From the NCBI GenBank assembly GCA_031271905.1, contig JAISUT010000047.1:26350-90349 (forward strand): 64,000 nucleotides of DNA, read 5' to 3'. The translations under genes and the position numbers were made by a program. Source of the DNA: Acidobacteriota bacterium. Its GTDB lineage: Bacteria; Acidobacteriota; UBA6911. Position 1 is the stretch's first letter; each line of letters begins with the position of its first letter. This document shows, piece after piece, positions 41,431-52,179 of the stretch. The notes beneath the pieces are model-generated. The model saw only the letters and a list, made by a program, of their open reading frames with translations, did no database searches and had not been told where the DNA came from.

Positions 41431-41796
41431 GTGGAACGGAACAAGAGACTTGAAGACAACGCGGACGTGGACGGCAGGGAGCTTTGCGCAGACCTGGTCA
41501 AAGTGACCTGGACGCCCGAACTGGAAACGCCTAAGACGGATTGGGCCATCCTGGGGGACATCTCCCCCGCCGGGGCTTGCCTCGAACTGGAAGAGCCGAT
41601 TCCGACCAACGCCGCCGTCGAACTCGAATTCGGCGACGACCGTTGCCGTGCGCAGGTGCAATACTGCAAGTTCGACAAGGTCAACTACATCGTCGGCGTC
41701 GAATTCCTCGACGGCTACCGCTGGTCGCGCAGTCGTTGGAAGCCGGGGCACCTGATCCAATTCCGTTTACGCAAAGTCGCGGACAAGACGGCCTGA
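41431..41796 (+). CDS. stand-alone PilZ-domain protein (c-di-GMP receptor candidate)
   Basis: 121 aa with a beta-barrel pattern. Upstream RxxxR-like residues are weak, so the call rests mainly on length and the DxSxxG-like segment (DISPAG). Confidence 0.5.
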   Translation: MERNKRLEDNADVDGRELCADLVKVTWTPELETPKTDWAILGDISPAGACLELEEPIPTNAAVELEFGDDRCRAQVQYCKFDKVNYIVGVEFLDGYRWSRSRWKPGHLIQFRLRKVADKTA

Positions 41797-41899
41797 TCCC
41801 CTCGGGGGCGCCCTGCCACACAGACATGCGCGACACGGTCTCGCACGTCGGCAGGGCGCTTTTCCGCGCCTATCGCGCCGCGCCCCGCATCCCCCCCTT

Positions 41900-42022
41900 G
41901 ACCGGCACCCGACCAGACACGAACCAAGCAGGCGCATGCCAAACCGAACTGCGGAGTCTTCCAAGGCGGATGGGCATTCCCGGGCAGGGCGCAAACGCCG
42001 CATCCGGGTTTTGGAGGTTCCC
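41900..42022 (+). repeat. copy D of the interspersed element (degenerate left half, conserved right terminal repeat)
   Basis: ...GCGGAGTCTTCCAAGGCGGATGGGCATTCCCGGGCAGGGCGCAAACGCCGCATCCGGGTTTTGGAGGTTCCC abuts the stop of the minus-strand membrane-protein gene. Confidence 0.7.
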
Positions 42023-42537
42023 TAGAAATAGGCCCCGTCGCTTGACGGGCCAGGAGGGGTGTCGGGGGAGGACGCCGCCTTGCGACGGCGGAAGAACACG
42101 CTCGCGGCGACCTTCAACGCCTGGGTCAGGGCGTTGACGCGCGTGATGGGCATGAGCACGTTGTCACTCAGGGCGTTGACCGCCTCTTGGGTCCGCTCAG
42201 TCACTACATGTATGGTTTCTTGGATCGCGACGATCTCCCGGCGGGAGTTCTCCACCACCTCGCCGAGGAAACCGTCGATCTCCACCACCCGGTCATGCAC
42301 GGCAGTCGCCGAAGCCGCCAGCTTCTGCGCGGCGGGCTTGACGGTGTCCGCGATCTCCGAGACCTTCTCCAAGGCGGTCTCCGCCTGCTCCGCGACCTTC
42401 TTTACGCCCGGGAGCACGTTTTCAGCCAGTTTGCGGAAATGCCGGAACGCCAAGAACAGCACGACGCTCTGCATCAACACGGCCAAGGCGAGGATGCCGG
42501 TGAAAACCGCCAGGAGGGCTTCGCTCATGGACGTCAC
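42022..42537 (-). CDS. membrane-anchored coiled-coil protein (DUF948-like)
   Basis: N-terminal TM (LLAVFTGILALAVLMQSVVLFLAF) followed by a long helical region. Start overlaps the stop of the upstream YtxH-like gene. Confidence 0.45.
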   Translation of the reverse strand: MTSMSEALLAVFTGILALAVLMQSVVLFLAFRHFRKLAENVLPGVKKVAEQAETALEKVSEIADTVKPAAQKLAASATAVHDRVVEIDGFLGEVVENSRREIVAIQETIHVVTERTQEAVNALSDNVLMPITRVNALTQALKVAASVFFRRRKAASSPDTPPGPSSDGAYF

Positions 42538-42833
42538 GCCTTTTCCTTTTCGTCCAGATACGCCTGCTTGCCAGCTTCAAACGCTTCGACGAACTGGTCT
42601 TTTTGCTGCTGCAACAGATCCCTGCCCCGCTCGACGTACGCCGTGGCCTTGTCCGCCACCTGCCGCGACCGGCTGGCGACGACATCCGCGCCTTCGCGCG
42701 CCTTGGTCACGATCAGCTTGCGCGTCTCCGCGCCGCTGCGCGGTGCGAGCAAAAGCGCCGCCGCCCCGCCGATCGCCGCACCCACTAGGAAAAACAACGC
42801 CTTCTCACCAGCACATGCCTCATCACTCATCAC
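42534..42833 (-). CDS. YtxH-like small membrane/general-stress protein
   Basis: 99 aa. N-terminal hydrophobic helix (LFFLVGAAIGGAAALLLAP) and a KEKA-rich helical C-terminus. Confidence 0.5.
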   Translation of the reverse strand: MMSDEACAGEKALFFLVGAAIGGAAALLLAPRSGAETRKLIVTKAREGADVVASRSRQVADKATAYVERGRDLLQQQKDQFVEAFEAGKQAYLDEKEKA

Positions 42834-42981
42834 GCTCCTCCTTAATCTTTTCGACTTCAGTCCCTGCTTCCTTCAGACGCCCTGATTCCTCAGACAGATG
42901 CCTTGTTGATAACACCCTGCCTGGGAAAAGTCAATCGCCGCCATCCCTTCGCGGCGAACAATCCCCCGCCCTGCGGGGTGG

Positions 42982-43935
42982 TCACGCGAAGGTGAGCACC
43001 GGATGCATGCGCACCCAGCGCACCGGCTGCTCCGTGGGCGGGTCGAAGACCTGGACTTTGCGGGCGACGGCGACCAGCGCACCGTCGGCGTCGATCAACT
43101 TGTAGTTCTCCGACGACCAGTCGGCGGCGAGGAGGTTCAGGTCGTTGCCATGCGACAGCCGCTCCTTGTCCCCGCCGGAGACGACGATCACGGGCATCTC
43201 CGGCAGCAACTCCCCCATGGGGATCACCCGGCTGGAAAAATAGCCGGCGGGATGGTAGCGTTGCGCGCCACCCTCCGCAACCGGCGCCCCGGCGTTCGCG
43301 CCATCCGACGCAGTCAGCGTCGTCGCCCCTTCGATGGCGAAATCGCCGCACCGGATCCTGCGGAGTTGCACCAAGTGCGCGCCGCAACCATAGTCGCGCC
43401 CGAGGTCGTGCGCCACGCTGCGCGCATAGCACCCGGCGGCGCACGCCAGCTCGAAATCCGCGTGACTGCCGTCCACCCCGAGCAACGTCATGGAGTGGAT
43501 GACGACCTCTTTGACGGTCGGCGCCATCTCGATGCCCTTGCGCGCATAGTCGTACAAGGGCTTGCCGTTCACCTTCTTCGCCGAATACGGCGGCAGCGTC
43601 TGGCGAACCGCCCCCTGGCACCGGGCGAACATCTCCCGCAACCGCGCGGCGTCCAGTTGCGGGTGCGCGTCCTCGCCCAGCGGCACCCCCTCCACGTCGT
43701 AAGTGTCGGTGGCGAAGCCGAAGCGGATGCGTCCGCGATAGACCTTGTCGGAAGCTTGGAAATAGTTGGTGAGCCGGGTCGCCCGCCCGAGGACCAGCGG
43801 CAAGACACCGGTGGCGAAGGGGTCGAGCGTGCCGGTGTGCCCGACCTTCTTGACGCGGGTGATGGCGCGCACCTTCGCCACCACGTCGTGCGAAGTCCAT
43901 CCCGCAGGCTTGTCGATCACCAATACGCCGTCCAC
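42982..43935 (-). CDS. truB: tRNA pseudouridine(55) synthase
   Basis: GVLVIDKPAGWTSHDVV...VGHTGTLDPFATGVLPL (catalytic Asp), plus a PUA domain. GTG start behind GGAGGAGGAGGGG, 1 nt after the rbfA stop. Confidence 0.9.
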   Translation of the reverse strand: MDGVLVIDKPAGWTSHDVVAKVRAITRVKKVGHTGTLDPFATGVLPLVLGRATRLTNYFQASDKVYRGRIRFGFATDTYDVEGVPLGEDAHPQLDAARLREMFARCQGAVRQTLPPYSAKKVNGKPLYDYARKGIEMAPTVKEVVIHSMTLLGVDGSHADFELACAAGCYARSVAHDLGRDYGCGAHLVQLRRIRCGDFAIEGATTLTASDGANAGAPVAEGGAQRYHPAGYFSSRVIPMGELLPEMPVIVVSGGDKERLSHGNDLNLLAADWSSENYKLIDADGALVAVARKVQVFDPPTEQPVRWVRMHPVLTFA

Positions 43936-43936
43936 G

Positions 43937-44335
43937 CTACCCCTCCTCCTCCACCTGCCCGTCCGGCTCCGTTCCGCCGCCCTCCCCCTCCCGCCTGTGG
44001 ATCTCGGCGAGCAGGCTGTCGATGCGGTCTCCGTACTCCTTCGACGTGTCCAGCACGAATTCGATCTCCGGCAGGAAGCGCGTGCGGATGCGTTGTCCGA
44101 GTTCGCGGCGCACCCAGCCGGAGGCGTGGCGCAGGGCGTCCAAGCCCTCCCTCTTCTCCGTCTCGTCGCCCATCGGGGAGACGAACACCCGCGCATATTT
44201 CAGGTCGGGGCTCAGGCGCACCCCTGTGACCGTGACGAAGCCGACGCGGCGGTCTTTGAGGTCGCGGGAAAGCATCAGGCTGATCTCCTGCTGGATTTGC
44301 AGGGCGAGTCGCTGGGGTCTTCTCGAAGGTTGCAT
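43937..44335 (-). CDS. rbfA: ribosome-binding factor A
   Basis: RLALQIQQEISLMLSRDLKDRRVGFVTVTGVRLSPDLKYARVFVS... is the canonical RbfA KH-like fold sequence. Confidence 0.85.
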   Translation of the reverse strand: MQPSRRPQRLALQIQQEISLMLSRDLKDRRVGFVTVTGVRLSPDLKYARVFVSPMGDETEKREGLDALRHASGWVRRELGQRIRTRFLPEIEFVLDTSKEYGDRIDSLLAEIHRREGEGGGTEPDGQVEEEG

Positions 44336-44409
44336 AGTTCGGCGGCACCTCACGTCGATCGCATACGGGCGCGTCCTGCGCCGTCAGCGCTGGTTCGGCC
44401 TACTCGGCG

Positions 44410-44700
44410 TCATTCCGGGGTGATGTAGGAGACTTGGCAGTCCACCAAGAGGTCCTGGAAGATCTCCTCCGCCTCCCGCACGAATTGCCCCGTCACCCGC
44501 TCCAATTCCGCATCGTCCGCGCCGACCGTCACCGCCGCCAGCAGGGCGCGCTGCCACAGGTCTTGATACCCCGTCTCGGCGACCGCGAAGTTGAACCGCG
44601 CCCGCAACCGGTCTTTCGCCTTGCGCAACACCATCCGCTTTTCCTTGAGCGATTGGGAATAGGGCAGGTGAAGCTCGAACGTGCAGTACGCGATCGACAT
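44410..44700 (-). CDS. DUF503 (YlxP-like) protein
   Basis: 96 aa, located between infB and rbfA as is typical of this family. Starts MSIAYCTFELHLPYSQSLKEKR. Confidence 0.7.
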   Translation of the reverse strand: MSIAYCTFELHLPYSQSLKEKRMVLRKAKDRLRARFNFAVAETGYQDLWQRALLAAVTVGADDAELERVTGQFVREAEEIFQDLLVDCQVSYITPE

Positions 44701-44718
44701 AGTGGCCAGCGCCCGTCT

Positions 44719-47580
44719 TTACAGGCTCGTCGGTTGGATCTTCTCGATCACATACGCCTCGATGACGTCCCCCACCTTGATGTCGGAGTAGTGCTCGAAG
44801 CCGATGCCGCATTCGAAGCCCGACTTCACCTCCGAGGCGTCTTCCTTGAAGCGTCGCAAAGAGGCGATCTTCCCTTCGTGGATGACCGCGTTGTCACGCA
44901 GGAGGCGCGCGTCGGAGTTGCGCTTGATCAGGCCGTCCTGCACCAGGCAGCCGGCGATGACGCCGAACTTCGGGACCCGGAAGGTGTCCCGCACCTCGGC
45001 GCGGCCGACGTACTTCTCCTGGATGGTCTTTTCCAGCATCCCGATCATGGCGGCGGTGATCTCGTTCGTCAGGTTGTAGATGACCGTATAGAGGCGGATT
45101 TCGACCCCTTCCGTGTCCGCCAGCTCCTGCGCCTTGCGCTCCGGCCGCACGTTGAAGCCGATGACGATGGCGTTGGACGCCGACGCCAAGAGCACGTCGG
45201 TCTCCGTGACCGCCCCCGCGCCGCTGTGCAGTATCTTCACCTTCACCTTGTCGGTGCTCAACTTGTTGAGCATCTCCGAGACGACTTCCACCGAGCCCTG
45301 CACGTCGGCCTTGACGATGAGCGGCAGTTCCTTGACCACGCCGTCGCGCATCTGGTCGTACAGCGCCTGGAGCGACAGGCGAGAGGTCTTCTGCAACGAC
45401 GCCTCGCGCTCCTTCGCCTTGCGGAACTCGGCGACCTGGCGCGCCCTGTTGGCGTCGTCGAAGACCTGGAAGATGTCGCCCGCCAACGGCAGGTCTTGCA
45501 ACCCCATGATCTCCGCCGGAATCGACGGCCCCGCCGACTCTATGGCCCTGCCCCGGTCGTTGACCAGCGCGCGCACGCGCCCGTGCGCCGAGCCGGCGAC
45601 GAAGGCGTCCCCTTGGCGCAGGGTGCCGTTCTGCACCAGCACCGTGGCGACGTTGCCGCGCCCGCGATCCACCTTCGCCTCCAGCACCACGCCGGATGCC
45701 AGCCGCTTGGGGTTCGCCTTCAGGTCGCGCATGTCGGCGACCAGGACGATCATCTCCAAGAGCAGGTCGATGTGGATCCTCTGCTTGGCGGACACCTCCA
45801 CCGTCACCGTCTCGCCGCCCCAGTCCTCCGCAAGCAACCCTTGATCCGCCAACGCCTGCTTGACGCGGTCAACCTGCGCGCCAGGCTTGTCGATCTTGTT
45901 GATCGCCACGATGATCGGCACGCCCGCCGCCCTGGAGTGGTGGATGGCCTCGATGGTCTGCGGCATCACGCCGTCGTCGGCGGCGACCACCAGGACGACG
46001 ATGTCGGTCGCCTGCGCGCCGCGCGCGCGCATCATGGTGAACGCCTCGTGGCCGGGGGTGTCCAGGAAGACGATGCTCCGCTCCCTCCCCTCCACCGGTA
46101 TCTCCACCTGGTAGGCGCCGATGTGCTGGGTGATGCCCCCCGCCTCGGTGGCGGTGACATTGGTCTCGCGGATGACGTCCAGCAGCGAGGTCTTGCCGTG
46201 GTCGACGTGCCCCATGATGGTGACGACCGGGGGACGGGTCACGTAGTCCTCCGGATTGTCGGGGATCTCCTGCTTGGACACCGCCTCGTCCTCAAAGCTG
46301 ATAACCGAGGCGCGGAAGCCGAACTCGGCGCAGACGTTCTTCGCAGCCTCGACGTCCAGCGTCTGGTTGATGCCCGCGATGATCCCCTTTTTCAGCAGGT
46401 TCTGGATGATCGCCTTCGCCGGGACGTTGTCCATCTTATCGGCAAGCTCTTTGATGGTGACGCCTTCTGTGATGTCGATAGGCTTGAACTCCTCGGGGTT
46501 GGACGGGACGGTCCACTTCGCGTCCCGGGGTCGGATCGGCTCCGTCGTCCTGGCTCCGCCGTGCCGGACCCGGACGCCCTGGGCACCCCCCTTGCGGATG
46601 TACCGCGTCTTCTGTTGCGGCGCCCCGCCGGGACGGAAGTCGGGACGCCCCGGCTTATATTTAGCGATGTCTATGTGCCCCACTATGTTGGTGCGCGGCG
46701 CGGGGACTGGCGCGGTGTCCTTGATCACGACCGCAGGCTTGGGGGGCTTGGGCGGTTTGGGAACGGGAACCGCCGCATTGTCCTTCTTGCCGCCACCCGG
46801 CGCATCCGCCTGTTTATCGGCACCCCCACCCGGCGTCGGCGCAGGAGGCGTCGAATCGGGCGAATCGGTCGGGGCGGCGCCCTCCACCGGCGGCGCCGGC
46901 ATGGACGCAACGGCAACCACGCCCTCTTCATTTTCCGGCGACCCCGGCGTGTTTTGCGCGACCTGCCCGCCCCCGCCATGGGCGCCGTCCTGCTCGCCAC
47001 CTTCGGGCGCGGACGTCGCGGGCGTCTCGGAGTTCACCACGATGGAAACCGGGGCGGCGGGCTCCTCTTTGGGCGCCTTTTTCACCCGGACCTTCTTCTT
47101 GACCGGTGCCGCATCAGCCGGTGCCGCAACAACCTCCACCACCGGTTCCGATGCGGGCGGGGGCGTCGGCTTGGGCGTTTCCACGGGGCTGGCCCCGCCT
47201 TTTCCCGAAGCGGGCGCGGCAGACCCGGCCTTTCCCGGCTCGCCCGGGGCGGCTATGGCCGGCGTCTTGTCTTCAGGTTGCACCGGCTTGGGCTTGGAGG
47301 TGCGGACGCGCGGGGTTTTACCGCCCTTCTCTTTTTCTTTCTCCTTCTCCTTCTCCCTCTTGGCCCGCTCCTTCTCGCGTTTTGCGGCGGCGGCGTTTTT
47401 CTTATCTTCTTGCGCCTCCTTCTGCGAGAGGATTTTCTTGCGGATCGTCTCGACAAACTTCGGATCGATCGTCGCGGCAGACGAAGACACATACAGCCCC
47501 AGGTGTCTCAATTCCTTGAAAATATCCTGGTCTTTTACGGCACATTCCTTCGCCAATTCCGCGACGGTCATCATATCCAT
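44719..47580 (-). CDS. infB: translation initiation factor IF-2
   Basis: 953 aa. KEKE-rich N-terminus, G-domain ([12 protein letters not shown]...DTPGHEAF...NKID), and the C-terminal beta-barrels. Confidence 0.95.
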   Translation of the reverse strand: MDMMTVAELAKECAVKDQDIFKELRHLGLYVSSSAATIDPKFVETIRKKILSQKEAQEDKKNAAAAKREKERAKREKEKEKEKEKGGKTPRVRTSKPKPVQPEDKTPAIAAPGEPGKAGSAAPASGKGGASPVETPKPTPPPASEPVVEVVAAPADAAPVKKKVRVKKAPKEEPAAPVSIVVNSETPATSAPEGGEQDGAHGGGGQVAQNTPGSPENEEGVVAVASMPAPPVEGAAPTDSPDSTPPAPTPGGGADKQADAPGGGKKDNAAVPVPKPPKPPKPAVVIKDTAPVPAPRTNIVGHIDIAKYKPGRPDFRPGGAPQQKTRYIRKGGAQGVRVRHGGARTTEPIRPRDAKWTVPSNPEEFKPIDITEGVTIKELADKMDNVPAKAIIQNLLKKGIIAGINQTLDVEAAKNVCAEFGFRASVISFEDEAVSKQEIPDNPEDYVTRPPVVTIMGHVDHGKTSLLDVIRETNVTATEAGGITQHIGAYQVEIPVEGRERSIVFLDTPGHEAFTMMRARGAQATDIVVLVVAADDGVMPQTIEAIHHSRAAGVPIIVAINKIDKPGAQVDRVKQALADQGLLAEDWGGETVTVEVSAKQRIHIDLLLEMIVLVADMRDLKANPKRLASGVVLEAKVDRGRGNVATVLVQNGTLRQGDAFVAGSAHGRVRALVNDRGRAIESAGPSIPAEIMGLQDLPLAGDIFQVFDDANRARQVAEFRKAKEREASLQKTSRLSLQALYDQMRDGVVKELPLIVKADVQGSVEVVSEMLNKLSTDKVKVKILHSGAGAVTETDVLLASASNAIVIGFNVRPERKAQELADTEGVEIRLYTVIYNLTNEITAAMIGMLEKTIQEKYVGRAEVRDTFRVPKFGVIAGCLVQDGLIKRNSDARLLRDNAVIHEGKIASLRRFKEDASEVKSGFECGIGFEHYSDIKVGDVIEAYVIEKIQPTSL

Positions 47581-47721
47581 TTACGCAAAGACCTCGACCA
47601 CATCCGCCTTACGGCGCGTGTTTGTTAAATCGGAAATGTTAAATCGCGCGTCCGCACTTTGCAACCGCGTAATTTCGCCGAACTTCCCCCGGCGGCGCGC
47701 CGCCGCACTTCAAAGACGCGA

Positions 47722-49404
<1,683 letters not shown>

Positions 49405-49431
49405 AGCTCAGAACCCCTGCAACCCCCTTAT

Positions 49432-49554
49432 GGCACCTGCAAAAACCCGGACGCCGCGTCTCGGCCCTTGCCCGGAAACGCCCGCCCTACCTTGGCAAAC
49501 TCCGCTTCCCGGGCGGCGGCGACGCCGTGTCTGCGGGTTTTTGGGAGGCGCCCC
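49432..49554 (-). repeat. copy E of the interspersed element (reverse orientation), overlapping the 3' end of rimP
   Basis: The reverse complement reads GGGGCGCCTCCCAAAAACCCGCAGACACGGCGTCGCCGC...GGCGTCCGGGTTTTTGCAGGTGCC. Confidence 0.8.
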
Positions 49555-50065
49555 CATGGATACCCCGTGTCAAATCAGCAACCAGATGCGCCTTGTCGAT
49601 GTCCGACACTTCGATGACCACCTGCTTGTCCGGCGCCTCCTCGATCGTCACCCGACCGCCGTCCGCGCCCACGATCCTGCCCTTGAAGTTCTTCTGCCCC
49701 TCGACGGGGGTGCGCGTCCGCACCCTGGCGACCTCCCCGGCGAACCGCTGGAAATCCCTTTCTTTGACCAGCGGGCGGTTCAACCCCGGCGAGGACGCCT
49801 CCAAGACATAGGCGAACGGGATGAAGTCCTCCACGTCCAGGGCCACGGAAAACCGCTTGCTGAACCGCTCGCAATCGTCCAAGGATATCCCCGACGGCTG
49901 GTCGAGGAAAACCCTCAGCACTTGCCGCCCCCCTTCGTTTTTCAACTCGACGAGCACGACCTCCAGCTTCATGGAGGCGGCGGTCTTTTCCGCCAGTTCC
50001 GCGACGCGGGTCTTCAGAGACCGCCGGCCGCCTGCATCCGCCTCGCCCGCCCCCCCGTCTGGCAC
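49487..50065 (-). CDS. rimP: ribosome maturation factor RimP, with a C-terminal tail and stop codon supplied by the repeat element
   Basis: Aligns to RimP (LKTRVAELAEKTAASMKLEVVLVEL...SSPGLNRPL...). Likely GTG start at 50065 behind GGGGGGA. The TTG at 50083 that extends the ORF lies inside the terminator T-run. Confidence 0.75.
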   Translation of the reverse strand: MPDGGAGEADAGGRRSLKTRVAELAEKTAASMKLEVVLVELKNEGGRQVLRVFLDQPSGISLDDCERFSKRFSVALDVEDFIPFAYVLEASSPGLNRPLVKERDFQRFAGEVARVRTRTPVEGQKNFKGRIVGADGGRVTIEEAPDKQVVIEVSDIDKAHLVADLTRGIHGGASQKPADTASPPPGKRSLPR

Positions 50066-50079
50066 CGCCGTCCCCCCAT

Positions 50080-50109
50080 ACAAAAAAGAGTGGGCATTTG
50101 CCCACTCTT
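50080..50109 (-). terminator. intrinsic terminator (or attenuator) immediately upstream of rimP
   Basis: Minus-strand RNA reads AAGAGUGGGC-aaau-GCCCACUCUU followed by UUUUUUG. A perfect 10-bp stem. Confidence 0.7.
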
Positions 50110-50331
50110 ACGAAAGCAGCAACCGGAATTCTACACGAGCGGTTGCAAATTTTAAAGGACAACATTTGCCGCGATTTAGCCGACCGCCGACCGGCCCGCC
50201 CGGAAGTTTGCGCGGGCGCCCCGCCCCCACATCTTTTTTCAAATCCGACGCCCGATGCGCCCATGCGCCCAGAAGCGCACCCCCGCCGGACGAAACGACC
50301 GCAGGGGCGCGGGTCTGCGGCAGGCGCATCC

Positions 50332-50943
50332 CTATTTCTTCTTGATCCGGTAGACCTCCGCATATATCCGGCGCAACGGCGCGACGCAGTATTGCCGGAT
50401 CAGCTCCTGGAAGTTCTGCGGCTCCGCGACCAGGTCTTCCAAGTGCTCGTCCGAGATGCAGAAGATCAGGCGCACGATGTCGGCCTTCCCCGCCCTCTCG
50501 TCCACTTTGATTTCCTTGAGGTGGAATGCGTCGCAGTTGCGGATCTTGGGGAGGCGGGAAAAGCCTTCGACCGGCTTCTCCCGGTTTTTCTGGTAATGCG
50601 CGTCCAAACGCCGCTTCAGCTCTTGGTAGTTGAAGTTAGGGACTTTGTTGTTGACGCTGACGTCGAGGGCGCAGCAGTCGTCTTCGGTGCCGAGGCTGAG
50701 GCCGTAGGTGAAGTCCAAGTCCGCTTTGTCGAACTTGATGCGGTGCCCCGTCTCGTCATGGAACCGCTTGAGTTCCTCCGGGCCGAAAATGTCGGGGTTC
50801 CCCGCCTTTTTCTCGGTGGTGATGTAATAGTCGCTGACGCTCAGATACCATTGATCGATAATGGCTTCCAAGGCTTTGTCTATCATCTCCGCAATTTTGG
50901 GTGGAATCTTCTTTGCAGGCAATCTTTTACCCTCATTAATCAT
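50332..50943 (-). CDS. hypothetical cytoplasmic protein (203 aa) with lower GC (~57%) than its surroundings; no recognisable family
   Basis: Clean ORF (MINEGKRLPAKKIPPKIAEMIDKALE...). Lys-rich with atypical codon usage. AT-richer 316-bp upstream region, with a terminator downstream. Confidence 0.5.
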   Translation of the reverse strand: MINEGKRLPAKKIPPKIAEMIDKALEAIIDQWYLSVSDYYITTEKKAGNPDIFGPEELKRFHDETGHRIKFDKADLDFTYGLSLGTEDDCCALDVSVNNKVPNFNYQELKRRLDAHYQKNREKPVEGFSRLPKIRNCDAFHLKEIKVDERAGKADIVRLIFCISDEHLEDLVAEPQNFQELIRQYCVAPLRRIYAEVYRIKKK

Positions 50944-51260
50944 TCCACGCGCCACAGGGGATGTTTTTCGTAGACATGGCGTGCTCTAGCGTATACACCA
51001 TCCCCCTCCTCTGTGCGACCCGCGAAACACATCAGAAACGTTAATCATGACACCCAATCCATGTGCTACGAAGCCCACACTATAGCACGGTGGCGGGAAA
51101 TTTGGAGAAGTTTCTTCGGGGCGCGTCCAAAAATCCCGTCGCATCCGAAAGTCGCGGACGCCGTCGGGGACGGGGCGACGAATCTCCGTAAATACATAGA
51201 TGTCGGGATAGATAGCGCGCCGCCCACAGCGACCGCGCGTCCGGGGCGACGGCAATGCCG

Positions 51261-52145
51261 CTACGGCTTGCGGGGCAGCATGTCCGCATACGCCTTCCCC
51301 AAGCGGTCTCGCAGGGAGCGCATCGTCCGCCCCATCGCCGTCGCGGCGATGTTTTCGACCATGGGGCGGGCCATGCGCTCCAAAAGCCCGGGGACGGGGC
51401 GGCTCATCGTGATGGACTCGCATTCGACCAGCACCCCGCCCGGCACCCGTCGGTAGCGCCAATAGGAGTTCATGCGCCAGAGGAACCCCCTGTCCCGCCC
51501 CTCGGGCTTTTCCCGCTCCCGCCCGCCTGCGAGCCGCTCCACTTCGGCTATCTTCGCCGACACGCTGAAGATGGCGAGCCTGTCGTCGTCCAGCCGCCTC
51601 ACGCGGACGTCATGCTCGGTGTTGTAGACGACCGTGACGACCTGGGTGCGTTCCAATTTGAGGAACAGCCGGTAGCGCCCCCCCTCGCGCCAGAGCACGC
51701 GCGAGTCCAGCACGTCCTCCTGCAACCCGTCCCCGTCCTCCGGGTGCTCCGCCCGGTGGACGGTGAATTCGTAGGGCACGCCGGGGATGAACACCGCGCC
51801 GCGCAGATGGTGGATCTCGCCCCCCGGGACTTGCACCGACGTTCCGGAGGTGGCGCCCGCGCCGGCGGCCATGCCGCGCACCGAGACCTCGCCGGCGAGC
51901 ACGGAGCGGCGTTCCGCCGCGGCGGCCTGGGGGTTTTGGAAGTCCATCGCCAGGAACCCCTCCGTCGATTCCAGCTCCGCCTCTATTCGCCGCTCGCGGG
52001 CGGAGACGTAATCGTCCCACGCCTTGACCGCCTCCGGCGTCAGGTCGGCGGCGGAGGCGGCGAGGGCGGCGAGGAGGGTCGCGGCAATGGCGGCGAGGGC
52101 GGCGCGAGCCGCCGGGGTCCGCCTCATCGGATTCGCATCAGGCAT
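51261..52145 (-). CDS. exported hypothetical protein (294 aa) located downstream of the activase gene
   Basis: Signal peptide (MRRTPAARAALAAIAATLLAALAASAAD), then a mixed alpha/beta globular region. No motif recognised. Confidence 0.45.
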   Translation of the reverse strand: MPDANPMRRTPAARAALAAIAATLLAALAASAADLTPEAVKAWDDYVSARERRIEAELESTEGFLAMDFQNPQAAAAERRSVLAGEVSVRGMAAGAGATSGTSVQVPGGEIHHLRGAVFIPGVPYEFTVHRAEHPEDGDGLQEDVLDSRVLWREGGRYRLFLKLERTQVVTVVYNTEHDVRVRRLDDDRLAIFSVSAKIAEVERLAGGREREKPEGRDRGFLWRMNSYWRYRRVPGGVLVECESITMSRPVPGLLERMARPMVENIAATAMGRTMRSLRDRLGKAYADMLPRKP

Positions 52146-52179
52146 CGCATCATTCCCGGCGGGCGGGCGCGCCCCGGCG

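Noticed and set aside
50081-50083. TTG start codon extending rimP by 6 codons
   Set aside because: It lies within the U-tract of the upstream terminator hairpin. A GTG at 50065 with a GGGGGGA RBS is more plausible.
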